Assembly: GCA_001029635.1 (NCBI GenBank)
Contig: CP011209.1
Location: 222,866-286,865 of the forward strand
Length of the DNA stretch: 64,000 nucleotides
DNA from: Candidatus Wolfebacteria bacterium GW2011_GWB1_47_1
Lineage (GTDB): Bacteria > Patescibacteriota > Minisyncoccia > UBA6257 > UBA9933
Direction: 5' to 3'
The position numbers and the translations under genes were made by a program. Shown one piece after another: positions 50,279-59,715 of this stretch. The notes under the pieces are model-generated. The model did no database searches, was not told the origin of the DNA, and worked only from the letters and a program-made list of their open reading frames with translations. Each line of letters starts with the position of its first letter. Within the stretch, counting starts at the first letter, position 1.

Positions 50279-50811
50279 TGAGACATAGAGAGCAACGAAT
50301 CGGCATTTTCATTGACGTTCAGAACCTCTATCATTCGGCAAAAAATTTGTACCAAAGCCGGATAAACTACCAGGAACTGATGAAGAGCTTGGTGGGGGAG
50401 CGGAAATTAATCCGTGCCCTTGGCTATGTGGTAAAAAGCGAATCACAAAACGAAGATCTCACTGGTGAGGCTTCGTTTTTTGATGCACTCGAAAAAGCGG
50501 GGATTGATTTGCGCATGAAGGATCTGCAAGTGTACCCGGGAGGCATGAAGAAGGCTGATTGGGATGTGGGAATGGCGATCGACGCAGTCAGAATGGCTGA
50601 TTCATTGGATGTGGTCATTTTGGTGACCGGAGATGGGGACTTTGTTCCGTTGGTGGAGTATCTGAAATGGGGGAGGGGAAAGTTAGTGGAAGTTGCCGGG
50701 TTTGGCAGGACGACAAGTTCAAAGCTACGCGAGGCGACCGATCTTTACATTGACCTAAAGGAGATCCCCAGGATATTATTAAGAACGAGGGCAAGCAGAA
50801 GGTCCCGCTGA
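50278..50811 (+). CDS. NYN domain (LabA/DUF88) putative ribonuclease
   Basis: FIDVQN, KKADWDV, TGDGDFVP. Confidence 0.9.
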   Translation: MRHREQRIGIFIDVQNLYHSAKNLYQSRINYQELMKSLVGERKLIRALGYVVKSESQNEDLTGEASFFDALEKAGIDLRMKDLQVYPGGMKKADWDVGMAIDAVRMADSLDVVILVTGDGDFVPLVEYLKWGRGKLVEVAGFGRTTSSKLREATDLYIDLKEIPRILLRTRASRRSR

Positions 50812-50949
50812 ACTGAAAACGAAATAGTGGGCAGATATACAATTACCCTGCAGGGTGAACCCAATTTTAAATTTAAAATTAAGAGCTGCAGCGTGGTTGC
50901 AATGTGTCCGGTATTTCATTATCGGGAGGCAAAGGGACTCTACAATAGA

Positions 50950-53343
50950 ATGCAATTACCGAAACAAGAGTTTGTGCTCGATGTTGCGGGCAAGCCGTTT
51001 ACGTTGACCGTTTCCAGTCTGGCGAATCAGGCGAATGCGTCAGCAATCGGAACCTATGGCGATACCGCCGTATTGGTGACGGCGGTCATCGGTTCACAAG
51101 ACCGTCCGACGGACTTTTTTCCACTCACGATCGATTACGAGGAGCGTTTTTATGCCGCAGGCAAGATCCTCGGTAGCCGCTTCATGCGCCGTGAAGGGCG
51201 TCCGTCCGATGAGGCGGTGCTTTCCGGGCGTTTGATTGATCGAGCAGTTCGCCCATTGTTCAATCATGACCTCCGCCGCGACGTACAGGTTGTCGTAACG
51301 ATCCTTTCCTATGATGGAGAAAACGATCCTGATTTTGTTGCATTTTTGACGGTATCATCCGTGTTGATGATGTCCGATATACCATGGAATGGTCCGATAG
51401 GAGGGATTAAAATGGCTAAGACGAAAGATGGTGAATTTATATTAAACCCTATCAATTCGAGGATTGAGGACAAGAACAAGCTTGTATACGAAGCGTTCAT
51501 CGGAGCAACCGAAGATCGAATCAGTATGATAGAGCTCACGGGAAACGAGGCGAGCGAAGAAGAAGTCGCAGAAGGATTTGCAATGGCTCATGAGGAGATC
51601 AAGAAGATGTGCGTATTCCAGAAGGAGCTGCAGGCGAAGATCGGCAAGAAGAAGATGGAGGGAATCTTTGTTGAAACAAACGCTGACTTTGTAAAGCGGG
51701 TGCAAGAATTCTTGGTAGGGAAGCTGGAGGCCGGAGTCTACGGGACCGACAAGGCAGAATTGCATCAGAAGATGCACGGTATCAAGACGGATCTCATTGC
51801 GCACCTCAAAGAGGCAGGATACGAAGATCTTGCAAAGCTGGATGCCGTACTTGAGACAGAGATAGATGCATTGATGCATAAGAATATCCTGGAAGAGAAC
51901 CGGCGACCGGATGGTCGCGCAATGGACCAGGTGCGTGAGCTTTACGGTGAAGTGGGGATGTTTAAACGCTTGCACGGGACAGGATTGTTTATGCGTGGAG
52001 CAACACAGGCACTTGCGGTTACAACGCTTGGCGCGCCCGGTGATGAACAACTCGTAGAAACGATTGAGACATCAGGAAAGAAGCGATTCATGCTGCACTA
52101 CAATTTTCCGCCGTATTCGACGGGTGAAGTAAAGCGCATGGGTGGCGTTGGGCGAAGGGAGATCGGGCATGGAGCTTTGGCTAAAAAGGCGATCGAGTGG
52201 ATGCTCCCAAATCAGGAAGAATTTCCATATGTCATCCGCGTGGTATCTGAAGTATTAGGATCAAATGGTTCCTCTTCGATGGCGACGACATGTGCAACGA
52301 CACTTTCGTTGATGGATGCAGGCGTACCGATGAAGAAGATGGTGGGCGGTATTGCCATGGGGTTGGTCATGGATCACGCGGGTAACTACAAGGTGTTGAC
52401 GGATATTCAAGGACCGGAAGACCACTATGGAGACATGGATTGTAAGGTTGCCGGAACAAGCGACGGCATCACAGCTATGCAGATGGATGTAAAGATAGAA
52501 GGTATTACCGTGCAGATCCTGAAGGATACGCTCGCAGCATCGAAAAAGGCTCGCTTGCACATCTTGGAAACAATGAAGAATGTGATCGCGGAGCCACGTA
52601 AGGAGCTATCTCCATACGCACCGTCGATTATCTCGATGCGTATCGATCCGGAAAGGATAGGTGCCGTCATTGGATCGGGGGGTAAGGTTATCAACGGCAT
52701 CATCGCTGAGACCGGAGTCATTACGATCAATATAGAAGATGATGGAGTCATCTCGATCGCAGCGATCGGTCACGAGAAGGCGGAAGCTGCCAAGCGGATC
52801 ATTGAAGGCATCTTGAAGGAATACGAGGTAGGAGAGGTGGTGAACGGAAAGATCATAAAGCTCCTCGACTTCGGCGCAGTCGTTGATCTTGGAGGAGGGA
52901 AAGATGGCATGGTTCATATTTCTGAATTTAAGCACGGATTCGTAGAGAAGATCAGCGACGTAGCGCATCTCGGTGACGAGGTGGTCGCGCAGGTCATCCG
53001 AGCCGAACAGGGAAAACTTTCCTTGTCCGTAAAGGCATTATTGCCAAAACCGGAAGGACAGCCGAAGCGCGATGAACTATCACGACCGGGGCAACATGAA
53101 GGACATGCCCATGGTGATCGTCAGAGGCCGAGGGGTCTTGGCGGGAGCCGTCACCCACGGAACGAAGAGCGCGAACCGCATCGTTCTAATCCGGCAGTTG
53201 ACGGACGAGGGTATCATCCTGAGCACACTGAACGTTCGGTAGAACGCGTAGAGCGAACAGCGTCTGGCGACGTAAAAGGGAAGTCTCTTGAAGAGGTATT
53301 GCAGGAGCTGGAAAGCGGCCAGGCATATAAGGAAGATAAATAA
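50950..53343 (+). CDS. pnp: Polyribonucleotide nucleotidyltransferase with a C-terminal extension
   Basis: DFFPLT.DY.E, RREIGHG, SNGSSSMA, KH and S1 domains. Confidence 0.97.
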   Translation: MQLPKQEFVLDVAGKPFTLTVSSLANQANASAIGTYGDTAVLVTAVIGSQDRPTDFFPLTIDYEERFYAAGKILGSRFMRREGRPSDEAVLSGRLIDRAVRPLFNHDLRRDVQVVVTILSYDGENDPDFVAFLTVSSVLMMSDIPWNGPIGGIKMAKTKDGEFILNPINSRIEDKNKLVYEAFIGATEDRISMIELTGNEASEEEVAEGFAMAHEEIKKMCVFQKELQAKIGKKKMEGIFVETNADFVKRVQEFLVGKLEAGVYGTDKAELHQKMHGIKTDLIAHLKEAGYEDLAKLDAVLETEIDALMHKNILEENRRPDGRAMDQVRELYGEVGMFKRLHGTGLFMRGATQALAVTTLGAPGDEQLVETIETSGKKRFMLHYNFPPYSTGEVKRMGGVGRREIGHGALAKKAIEWMLPNQEEFPYVIRVVSEVLGSNGSSSMATTCATTLSLMDAGVPMKKMVGGIAMGLVMDHAGNYKVLTDIQGPEDHYGDMDCKVAGTSDGITAMQMDVKIEGITVQILKDTLAASKKARLHILETMKNVIAEPRKELSPYAPSIISMRIDPERIGAVIGSGGKVINGIIAETGVITINIEDDGVISIAAIGHEKAEAAKRIIEGILKEYEVGEVVNGKIIKLLDFGAVVDLGGGKDGMVHISEFKHGFVEKISDVAHLGDEVVAQVIRAEQGKLSLSVKALLPKPEGQPKRDELSRPGQHEGHAHGDRQRPRGLGGSRHPRNEEREPHRSNPAVDGRGYHPEHTERSVERVERTASGDVKGKSLEEVLQELESGQAYKEDK

Positions 53344-53604
53344 CAAAAAGGCGGTTCGTTAGCTGACGAACCGCCTTTTTTTGTCTTAATACTAAAAGAT
53401 CGGCGATTCCGGTTAAGAATTGTCATTTCAACGGAGCCTGTCACGTGGAAAGTAGCAACTTTCTCTACGTGGGTCGGAATCCAGGGGTATATTCCGCCTT
53501 GCGATGACGGAAAATGTACGTCCGTACATTTGGATATAATCATGAATAGATTGGTGGATAAAAAAAGCGGCTCCTTACGGAGCCGCTTCGGACAAAACGA
53601 ATAA

Positions 53605-54090
53605 TCATCTGATGCCGGTAGGGAGGAAGTCCTTACGCAAGCGCATTTCTACGGGCGAAGTCTTTGTTCGCGTGAAATGACTCCTTGCGAGTCTGTTGTA
53701 GTTCTCAACAGAGTTGGCGCGATCGATCTTCCTGCTCTGGAGTTCGGAGAGTTTTAAGTAATAGATCTCGACGATCTTCGGGTCGGACAGGTTTCCTCTC
53801 ACATCCATCTCAAAGAGTTTCTTGTCGAGCAGTCCAATCTTTGCATCCAGGCCTTGGATTTTCTCGAAGAGTGTACGGAGTGACGCGGCTTCAGAATTGG
53901 TTAGTGTGATTTCCGGCCTGCGGTTCTGTGGAATCGGCTTATTCGGCCAGAGGACAAAAGCCAGGAGAGATATCGCGATGACGATCCAGCACGCGATAGT
54001 GGGGGGATTGAAACTGCGGGCCCCGGTGATATTCCAGTCGCCATCTTTCGTGTTGCGGTCTATCTTGGGAGGCGGACATGCGTAATACAT
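53605..54090 (-). CDS. Hypothetical TM plus coiled-coil protein
   Basis: AAGGAG SD; TM helix; follows the 54124 gene. Confidence 0.65.
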   Translation of the reverse strand: MYYACPPPKIDRNTKDGDWNITGARSFNPPTIACWIVIAISLLAFVLWPNKPIPQNRRPEITLTNSEAASLRTLFEKIQGLDAKIGLLDKKLFEMDVRGNLSDPKIVEIYYLKLSELQSRKIDRANSVENYNRLARSHFTRTKTSPVEMRLRKDFLPTGIR

Positions 54091-54123
54091 GGAGAAGCTC
54101 CTTTCTTTGCAAGATAGTAGGTA

Positions 54124-55047
54124 TTATGCAGAGGCGGATTCAACGATGCGAATAATATCGCTTAATGGAAGTTTACTTCCTGATACGCGGGGGCTACCCC
54201 AGATGGTATTGCTTCCGCCCCACCGATCTTCGCCGCATTGTTCCGCATCATTGAGCGCGGCAATGATTTTAGCAACGGGCCGGCGAATGAATGGCGACAT
54301 AAGTCCCATGACATACGCCATTGCATTGCCGGGGAGTTCCCTCGCTGATATGAAGGAATTGATACCATCGGCAAACATCGCCGTCCGTGCGTGGGCGCCG
54401 ATCTCGCGAACAATTGTCCAGTGTTTACGTGACCCGATCACCTCATACCGGGTGTCGAGTGGCAATGTACCTCCGCCGTCGAGGATATACCGCATGATGC
54501 GCAATTCAACATCCGTGACGACGCGCGTATAGGACGCGGGGTCCTTTTTGTACAATTCTCCGCTGCTGCGAAACTGGGTGTAGGGTTCAAAGATCCATGC
54601 GAGTTTTTGCAGAAGCGGGAGATGCGTCGGGAATGGATATGCCCCTGCGGTCGAGTCGAGCATGTCCTCCATCATGACCAGGCGGTTTAGTGCCGGACTC
54701 ATGACGTTTGAAACAAGGCATCCCTGATTAAGCAGAAACCAGGTGACGCAAACGTCCTGATCGCAATCATTGAAGTAAGCGTCGATGCGAAGCTCCCCCT
54801 CATCAGTTGTGAAGGATTTGAAAAGTCCTTGGCGAATGGCGAGAAGGGTCTGTGCGCAGGTTGCGCGCGTTGCGAGTCGATCGACTCCCTCGTGGTGATT
54901 GCAGTTCATGCGCGGACCATCTGGGTCGAATCGAGGCCCCTCGTTCACGTAGCCATCAAAGGCGATGGAATAGGGGTTGCTGATTTGGCAGAATCTTCGC
55001 CATGACATCGGCGGCCTACCCGGCTGCATCAAGAGCTTAACCGACAT
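54124..55047 (-). CDS. DHH-phosphoesterase-like protein (divergent)
   Basis: NHH, D.D.D and WGG motifs; GGAGG SD. Confidence 0.55.
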   Translation of the reverse strand: MSVKLLMQPGRPPMSWRRFCQISNPYSIAFDGYVNEGPRFDPDGPRMNCNHHEGVDRLATRATCAQTLLAIRQGLFKSFTTDEGELRIDAYFNDCDQDVCVTWFLLNQGCLVSNVMSPALNRLVMMEDMLDSTAGAYPFPTHLPLLQKLAWIFEPYTQFRSSGELYKKDPASYTRVVTDVELRIMRYILDGGGTLPLDTRYEVIGSRKHWTIVREIGAHARTAMFADGINSFISARELPGNAMAYVMGLMSPFIRRPVAKIIAALNDAEQCGEDRWGGSNTIWGSPRVSGSKLPLSDIIRIVESASA

Positions 55048-55227
55048 GAGATACCTCCAAATATTGGTAATGTGTGAGTTGCTGGATATAGTAAACAATT
55101 TAAGCAGAAATAAGTCAACAAAAAAAGGCACACCCGTTCGTCAGTTGGCGGACGGGTGTTTGTTATTTTGCCCTTAGATAGACTCAGGAATTCGTAAACT
55201 AAAAACACCCATAACGGGTGCCTTTAA

Positions 55228-55494
55228 TTATTTTGCAGGAGTAGCGATCTTCTTAGAAAGTCGTGACTTCAATCGGCTTGCCTTGTTCTTCTTGATGATG
55301 TTTGTCTTGGCAGCCTTGTCGAGCTTCTTGAAGACGACAGAGAGCTGCTTTTCGGCGGCTTCGGTCTTCTTCGCCACAACGAGCTTCTTGTAGTCCTTGA
55401 TTGTTTCCTTCAAGGTGTCCTTCTGCTTTACGTTGCGGATCTTGCGGCGGATATTCTGGCGATTTGCCTTTTCTGCTGTCTTTGTATTCGGCAT
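55228..55494 (-). CDS. rpsT: 30S ribosomal protein S20
   Basis: LDKAAK.NII.KNKASRLKSRL. Confidence 0.96.
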   Translation of the reverse strand: MPNTKTAEKANRQNIRRKIRNVKQKDTLKETIKDYKKLVVAKKTEAAEKQLSVVFKKLDKAAKTNIIKKNKASRLKSRLSKKIATPAK

Positions 55495-55640
55495 AGTGGT
55501 TCCATATTACATTCTTTGACCTATAATGTCAACGGCGTGAGGTCTACGAGAAGTGGACGATTCGCTATAAAAAAGAGGCGGAAGAACGGATAAAAAGGCC
55601 GCGACTGAGTCGCGGCCTTGATAAAACAGGGTTGGACGGC

Positions 55641-56405
55641 CTACCGTGCCGGCTGTACCTTCATCAACTTGAGGGAGATGAGGTGCCAGTCGAGGATCCA
55701 CCATGCCACACCGGCCAGGCCGCCAAGGATGGCGTTGCCGGTATAGTGACCAATGGCGACGCCGATGGCTACATCGATCCCGAAGAGGACTCGCTCGTGT
55801 GAATGCACAATGCGGAAGAGATGATGGGTGAACTGCCAGGCGAACTCGGAAACCTTTTCGGTGACCAGGGCGACTACGAGGAGTACGTAGAAGATGGCGA
55901 TCCAGATCGTCCGAACCACGAAGGGGATCGGATGGAATAACTGGACAATATGAGACATATCTTTGACGTGTCTCTGCATGGAATCTTCGCTTTTGAAGCT
56001 CGAGGAGGCTATGAACATAAGCGTAAGTCCTACATAAATCCCGAAATAGGCGCTCCATTGAAGCCACGTAGTGGCATGTTCAGTAGGGGGGGGAGATATG
56101 ACCAGGAGAATCGCACCGAAGAAAGTGAAGGCGATACTTGCGCCCGCGCCAAACGTATAGAAGGCGAAGCGCGTAAAGCGTTTGAGCCCTGCACGCGTCG
56201 GAATCCACGAATTCGTCCCTGTGCACGTCGTGCGAAACGCGACCGGGATCGCGCGGATGAACTCCCGTGCGTCGCAGCCGATGTAGCCGGTGACAAAACC
56301 GACAATCAGGCCAACCCACCAAAGGGCACCGAGTTGTCGTGCGATGATCGATCCGACGAACGACAGTAGGAAAGCAAAGAAGATTCGCTCCATGTTCTTA
56401 CTCAT
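55641..56405 (-). CDS. Multi-TM orphan protein, tandem paralog A
   Basis: GGGAGGAG SD; homologous to 56584-57342. Confidence 0.8.
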   Translation of the reverse strand: MSKNMERIFFAFLLSFVGSIIARQLGALWWVGLIVGFVTGYIGCDAREFIRAIPVAFRTTCTGTNSWIPTRAGLKRFTRFAFYTFGAGASIAFTFFGAILLVISPPPTEHATTWLQWSAYFGIYVGLTLMFIASSSFKSEDSMQRHVKDMSHIVQLFHPIPFVVRTIWIAIFYVLLVVALVTEKVSEFAWQFTHHLFRIVHSHERVLFGIDVAIGVAIGHYTGNAILGGLAGVAWWILDWHLISLKLMKVQPAR

Positions 56406-56583
56406 AATCACTCCTCCCGTATCAGTTGTTGTCCCACGAATGGGGTATGGTACTAAGATTAGTAAACAAATTATAATATATATTGTCAACCAATACATAA
56501 GAAGAGATAAGGAAAATGAGTAGAAAAAAGATAAAAAAAGGCCGCGACTGAGTCGCGGCCTTGGTAAAACAGGGTTGGACGGC

Positions 56584-57342
56584 CTACTGTGCCGGCTGTA
56601 CCTTCATTAGCTTGACGGAGATGAGGTGCCAGTCGAGGATCCACCAAGCGGCCCCGGCGAACCCACCGAGAAGGGCGTTGCCCGAGTAATGACCGATGGC
56701 AACACCGAGAGCAACATCGAGACCGAAGAGGACCCGCTCATGCGAATGAACGAGGCGGTAGAGATGGTAGAGGAATCGCCACCCGAGTTCGGATCCCTTT
56801 TCGGTGATCCAGGCGACTACGCGAAGTGAGTAGAATATGCCCAGTGGAAGTGTCCGGATCGCGAAGGGGATCGGGTGCATCCATCGAATAATGGTAGACA
56901 TATCTTCAATGTGCATCTGTGTCCCGGCGTCCGTTTTGGAATCCGAGGGGGTCATCCAGACCAGAAAGATCCCCATAAAGAATCCGCCATAGGAAGCCAT
57001 TAGAAGACACTCGCTGACATGAGTGAGAGGGAAAATGAGCAGGCTAATCGCACCAAAGCAGATAAGCCCTGTGCATACGCCTGCGCCGAATGTGTAAAAG
57101 GCGCAGCACGCAAAACGCTTAAGCCTCCCCGTTGTCGGAATGAACGTTCCTACTTCGGCGCAGCTGCTAGCGAGCGCGACCGGAATCGCACCGAGAAAGC
57201 TTCGGATGTCGTACCCGATGTACCCGGAGATGAAGCCGAAGATCAGTCCGATCCACCAGAGTGCTTCGAACTGTTTGGCGACAATCGCCCCGACGAAACT
57301 CAACAGAAAAGCAAAGAAGATTCGCTCCATGTTCTTACTCAT
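56584..57342 (-). CDS. Multi-TM orphan protein, tandem paralog B
   Basis: Same start MSKNMERIFFAFLLSFVG and similar C-terminus; duplicated leader and terminator. Confidence 0.8.
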   Translation of the reverse strand: MSKNMERIFFAFLLSFVGAIVAKQFEALWWIGLIFGFISGYIGYDIRSFLGAIPVALASSCAEVGTFIPTTGRLKRFACCAFYTFGAGVCTGLICFGAISLLIFPLTHVSECLLMASYGGFFMGIFLVWMTPSDSKTDAGTQMHIEDMSTIIRWMHPIPFAIRTLPLGIFYSLRVVAWITEKGSELGWRFLYHLYRLVHSHERVLFGLDVALGVAIGHYSGNALLGGFAGAAWWILDWHLISVKLMKVQPAQ

Positions 57343-57443
57343 AATCACTCCTCCCGTTTAATTGTTGCCCCACGAATGGGGTATGTTGTTCTGGAATTAT
57401 TAAACAAAATAGCTTGATAAATGTCAAATTTTTAAGCTGAGTA

Positions 57444-57536
57444 GTCATTCCCGCGAATGCGGGAATCCAGCATTGTATAGATTCCCGCCGGAGTTTACCC
57501 CCGTACGCTGATACGGGGCCTGAGTGCGGGAATGAC
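57444..57536. repeat. REP-like palindromic element with an internal hairpin
   Basis: GTCATTCCCGCGAATGCGGGAATCC...GATTCCCGCCGGAGTTTA...GCGGGAATGAC. Confidence 0.85.
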
Positions 57537-57604
57537 AGAGCTCGCGCATCCCGTTAGTTGTTATTGGTTGTAGGTTATAGGTTAATTCCCGTATACTATA
57601 GGCA

Positions 57605-58186
57605 ATGATCTATTCGGTATCGGGGACAATAATGGCAAAAAAAGAGGGATTTGTGGTGATACAAGCAGGAGGTGTGGGCTATAAGATTGCCATGGCTTCC
57701 GCTGACGCCGCACGGCTACCTGCAGTTGGGGCGATCACTAATCTTTTTTGCTCATTCGTCCTCAAGAAGGATGCGATGGAGCTGTACGGATTTTTGACCG
57801 AGCGGGACTTGGATATGTTTGATCTGGTTACGACCATTAATGGCGTGGGGCCAAAGACCGCACAGGGAATATTGGGCGTTGTGGGGACAGATACGCTTTT
57901 GGCGGCGGTAGAACAGAAAAAAGTAGATGTATTGGCAGAATTTCCGGGTGTTGGGAAGAAAAAGGCAGAGCGTATTGTTTTGGAGCTGCGTGATAAAATA
58001 AAAAAGATGACGGGCGGAGAGAATATTGAATTTCATGAAGGAGATGGCGATATCAAGGCAGCATTGAAGAATCTCGGGTATAGGCAAAACGAGATAGATG
58101 AGGCGATTAAGCAGATCTCGGGCGAAACGCAGGGGACCGAAGCACGACTCAAGGCCGCATTGAAGTTGATAGGAAAACATAAATGA
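57605..58186 (+). CDS. ruvA: Holliday junction branch migration protein RuvA
   Basis: GGVGY, LYGF, GVGPK, PGVGKK.AERI..EL, AL..LGY. Confidence 0.96.
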   Translation: MIYSVSGTIMAKKEGFVVIQAGGVGYKIAMASADAARLPAVGAITNLFCSFVLKKDAMELYGFLTERDLDMFDLVTTINGVGPKTAQGILGVVGTDTLLAAVEQKKVDVLAEFPGVGKKKAERIVLELRDKIKKMTGGENIEFHEGDGDIKAALKNLGYRQNEIDEAIKQISGETQGTEARLKAALKLIGKHK

Positions 58187-59520
58187 CCATGGAAAAGATA
58201 TTAAGAATAGGAAGGAAAATAATTCCGCAGCCGATTTTCGAATTTTTTCAGCCCGTGTATCATTATCTGCTTGCACTCACTGGTGCAGTGATTTATGGAT
58301 TCCCTTCGAAAGGCATGATAGTCATCGGGGTTACGGGAACAAAGGGAAAGACGACCACTTCTAACTTGATCGCGCATGTATTGAATGAGTCGGGTCATAA
58401 GACGGGGCTGGCAACCACCGTTAATTTTAGAATTGGAGAGAAGGAATGGATGAACGAATACAAGCAGACTATGGTCGGCCGATTTCGGCTGCAGCGATTG
58501 TTGTGGCAGATGAAGAAAGCGGGGTGTGAATATGCAGTCGTAGAAACATCTTCGGAAGGAATTTTACAATACAGACATCGGTTCATCGATTATGATGTAG
58601 CGGTATTCACCAATCTCTCCCCCGAGCACATTGAACGGCACAAGGGATTCGAGAATTACCGCGAGGCAAAGGTGAAGCTGTTCAAGAAATTGTCCCGCAA
58701 AAAGAAGGGCATCGGCGTGTATAATCTCGACGACGAGCACGTGAAGCATTTCTTGGACGTTCCGCAATTTATGCAGTACGGATATACGCTTTCGCACGAC
58801 CGCGCGCACGAGTATCGTGATCTGCGGCATATAGTGGAAATAAAGAACGTAAAATTGCAGGCGGCAGGTTCGGAATTCGACGTGAAGGATGCGCATTATA
58901 CGCTTCCGTTGATCGGTGAATTTAATGTGCAAAATGCCGGCGCGGCAATCTGTGTCGCGCTGTCCCAGGGGATTGAGATGGGTGTCATAGGAAGGGTATT
59001 GGCGAACATGCGCACCGTCCCGGGGCGAATGGAGGTTATTAATAAAGGGCAGAATTTTTCGGTGATTGTAGACTATGCGTATGAACCGAAAAGTTTGGAA
59101 GCAGTATACAGCGCGATTATAGGCCTTGGATTAAAGAAGGAGGGAAGTCGAATGATCTGCTTATTTGGCGGCACGGGAGGGGGCCGTGATATATGGAGGC
59201 GTCCGGTGATGGGGAAGATCGCCGCAAGCTATTGCGACGAGATCATGCTCACGAATGACGACCCATACGATGATGACCAGATGCAGATAATTAATGAGAT
59301 TAAACAAGGAATCTCAGAAGAATCATTCGATCATGCGCATGTGCATGTGATGCTTGATCGACGCGAAGCGATCAAGAAAGCCTTTGCGATGGCGAAGGAG
59401 GGGGATACCGTCGTGTTAACCGGAAAGGGAGGAGAATTGGTGATGTGTATGGAAGACGGCAAAAAGATCCCATGGGATGAGAAGAAGGTGGTGGAAGAAG
59501 AGCTTGAGCAATTGAATTAA
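58183..59520 (+). CDS. murE: MurE-like Mur ligase
   Basis: GVTGTKGKTT, ETSS, TNL..EH, VPGRME, VDYA. Confidence 0.8.
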   Translation: MTMEKILRIGRKIIPQPIFEFFQPVYHYLLALTGAVIYGFPSKGMIVIGVTGTKGKTTTSNLIAHVLNESGHKTGLATTVNFRIGEKEWMNEYKQTMVGRFRLQRLLWQMKKAGCEYAVVETSSEGILQYRHRFIDYDVAVFTNLSPEHIERHKGFENYREAKVKLFKKLSRKKKGIGVYNLDDEHVKHFLDVPQFMQYGYTLSHDRAHEYRDLRHIVEIKNVKLQAAGSEFDVKDAHYTLPLIGEFNVQNAGAAICVALSQGIEMGVIGRVLANMRTVPGRMEVINKGQNFSVIVDYAYEPKSLEAVYSAIIGLGLKKEGSRMICLFGGTGGGRDIWRRPVMGKIAASYCDEIMLTNDDPYDDDQMQIINEIKQGISEESFDHAHVHVMLDRREAIKKAFAMAKEGDTVVLTGKGGELVMCMEDGKKIPWDEKKVVEEELEQLN

Positions 59521-59583
59521 AACATCCGCGCGTCTAAGACGCGCGGATGTTTTTAATATATGGTATAATAGACCAATAATTAA

Positions 59584-59708
59584 ATACCAAGGAAAGCAAA
59601 GACCCACGTGTGTATGACTCCGAATGGTTGCCCTTGAATCGTGGCGAGTTGACTGGCAAAACCGACCTAAGAAATCTACTATGTATAGTTGATTTAGGGT
59701 TGGTTTTT
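59584..59708 (+). promoter_or_regulatory. c-di-GMP-II-like riboswitch with overlapping terminator, copy 1
   Basis: P1 AGG/CCT, k-turn, P3 CCACG/CGTGG, pseudoknot GG-TTGCC/GGCAA-AA-CC, AACCGA; TGGTATAAT promoter at 59561. Confidence 0.75.
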
Positions 59709-59715
59709 ACATCAT

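Noticed and set aside
53214-53543. 109-aa minus-strand ORF downstream of pnp
   Set aside because: Runs through the terminator and into pnp; no SD or motif; cannot be supported
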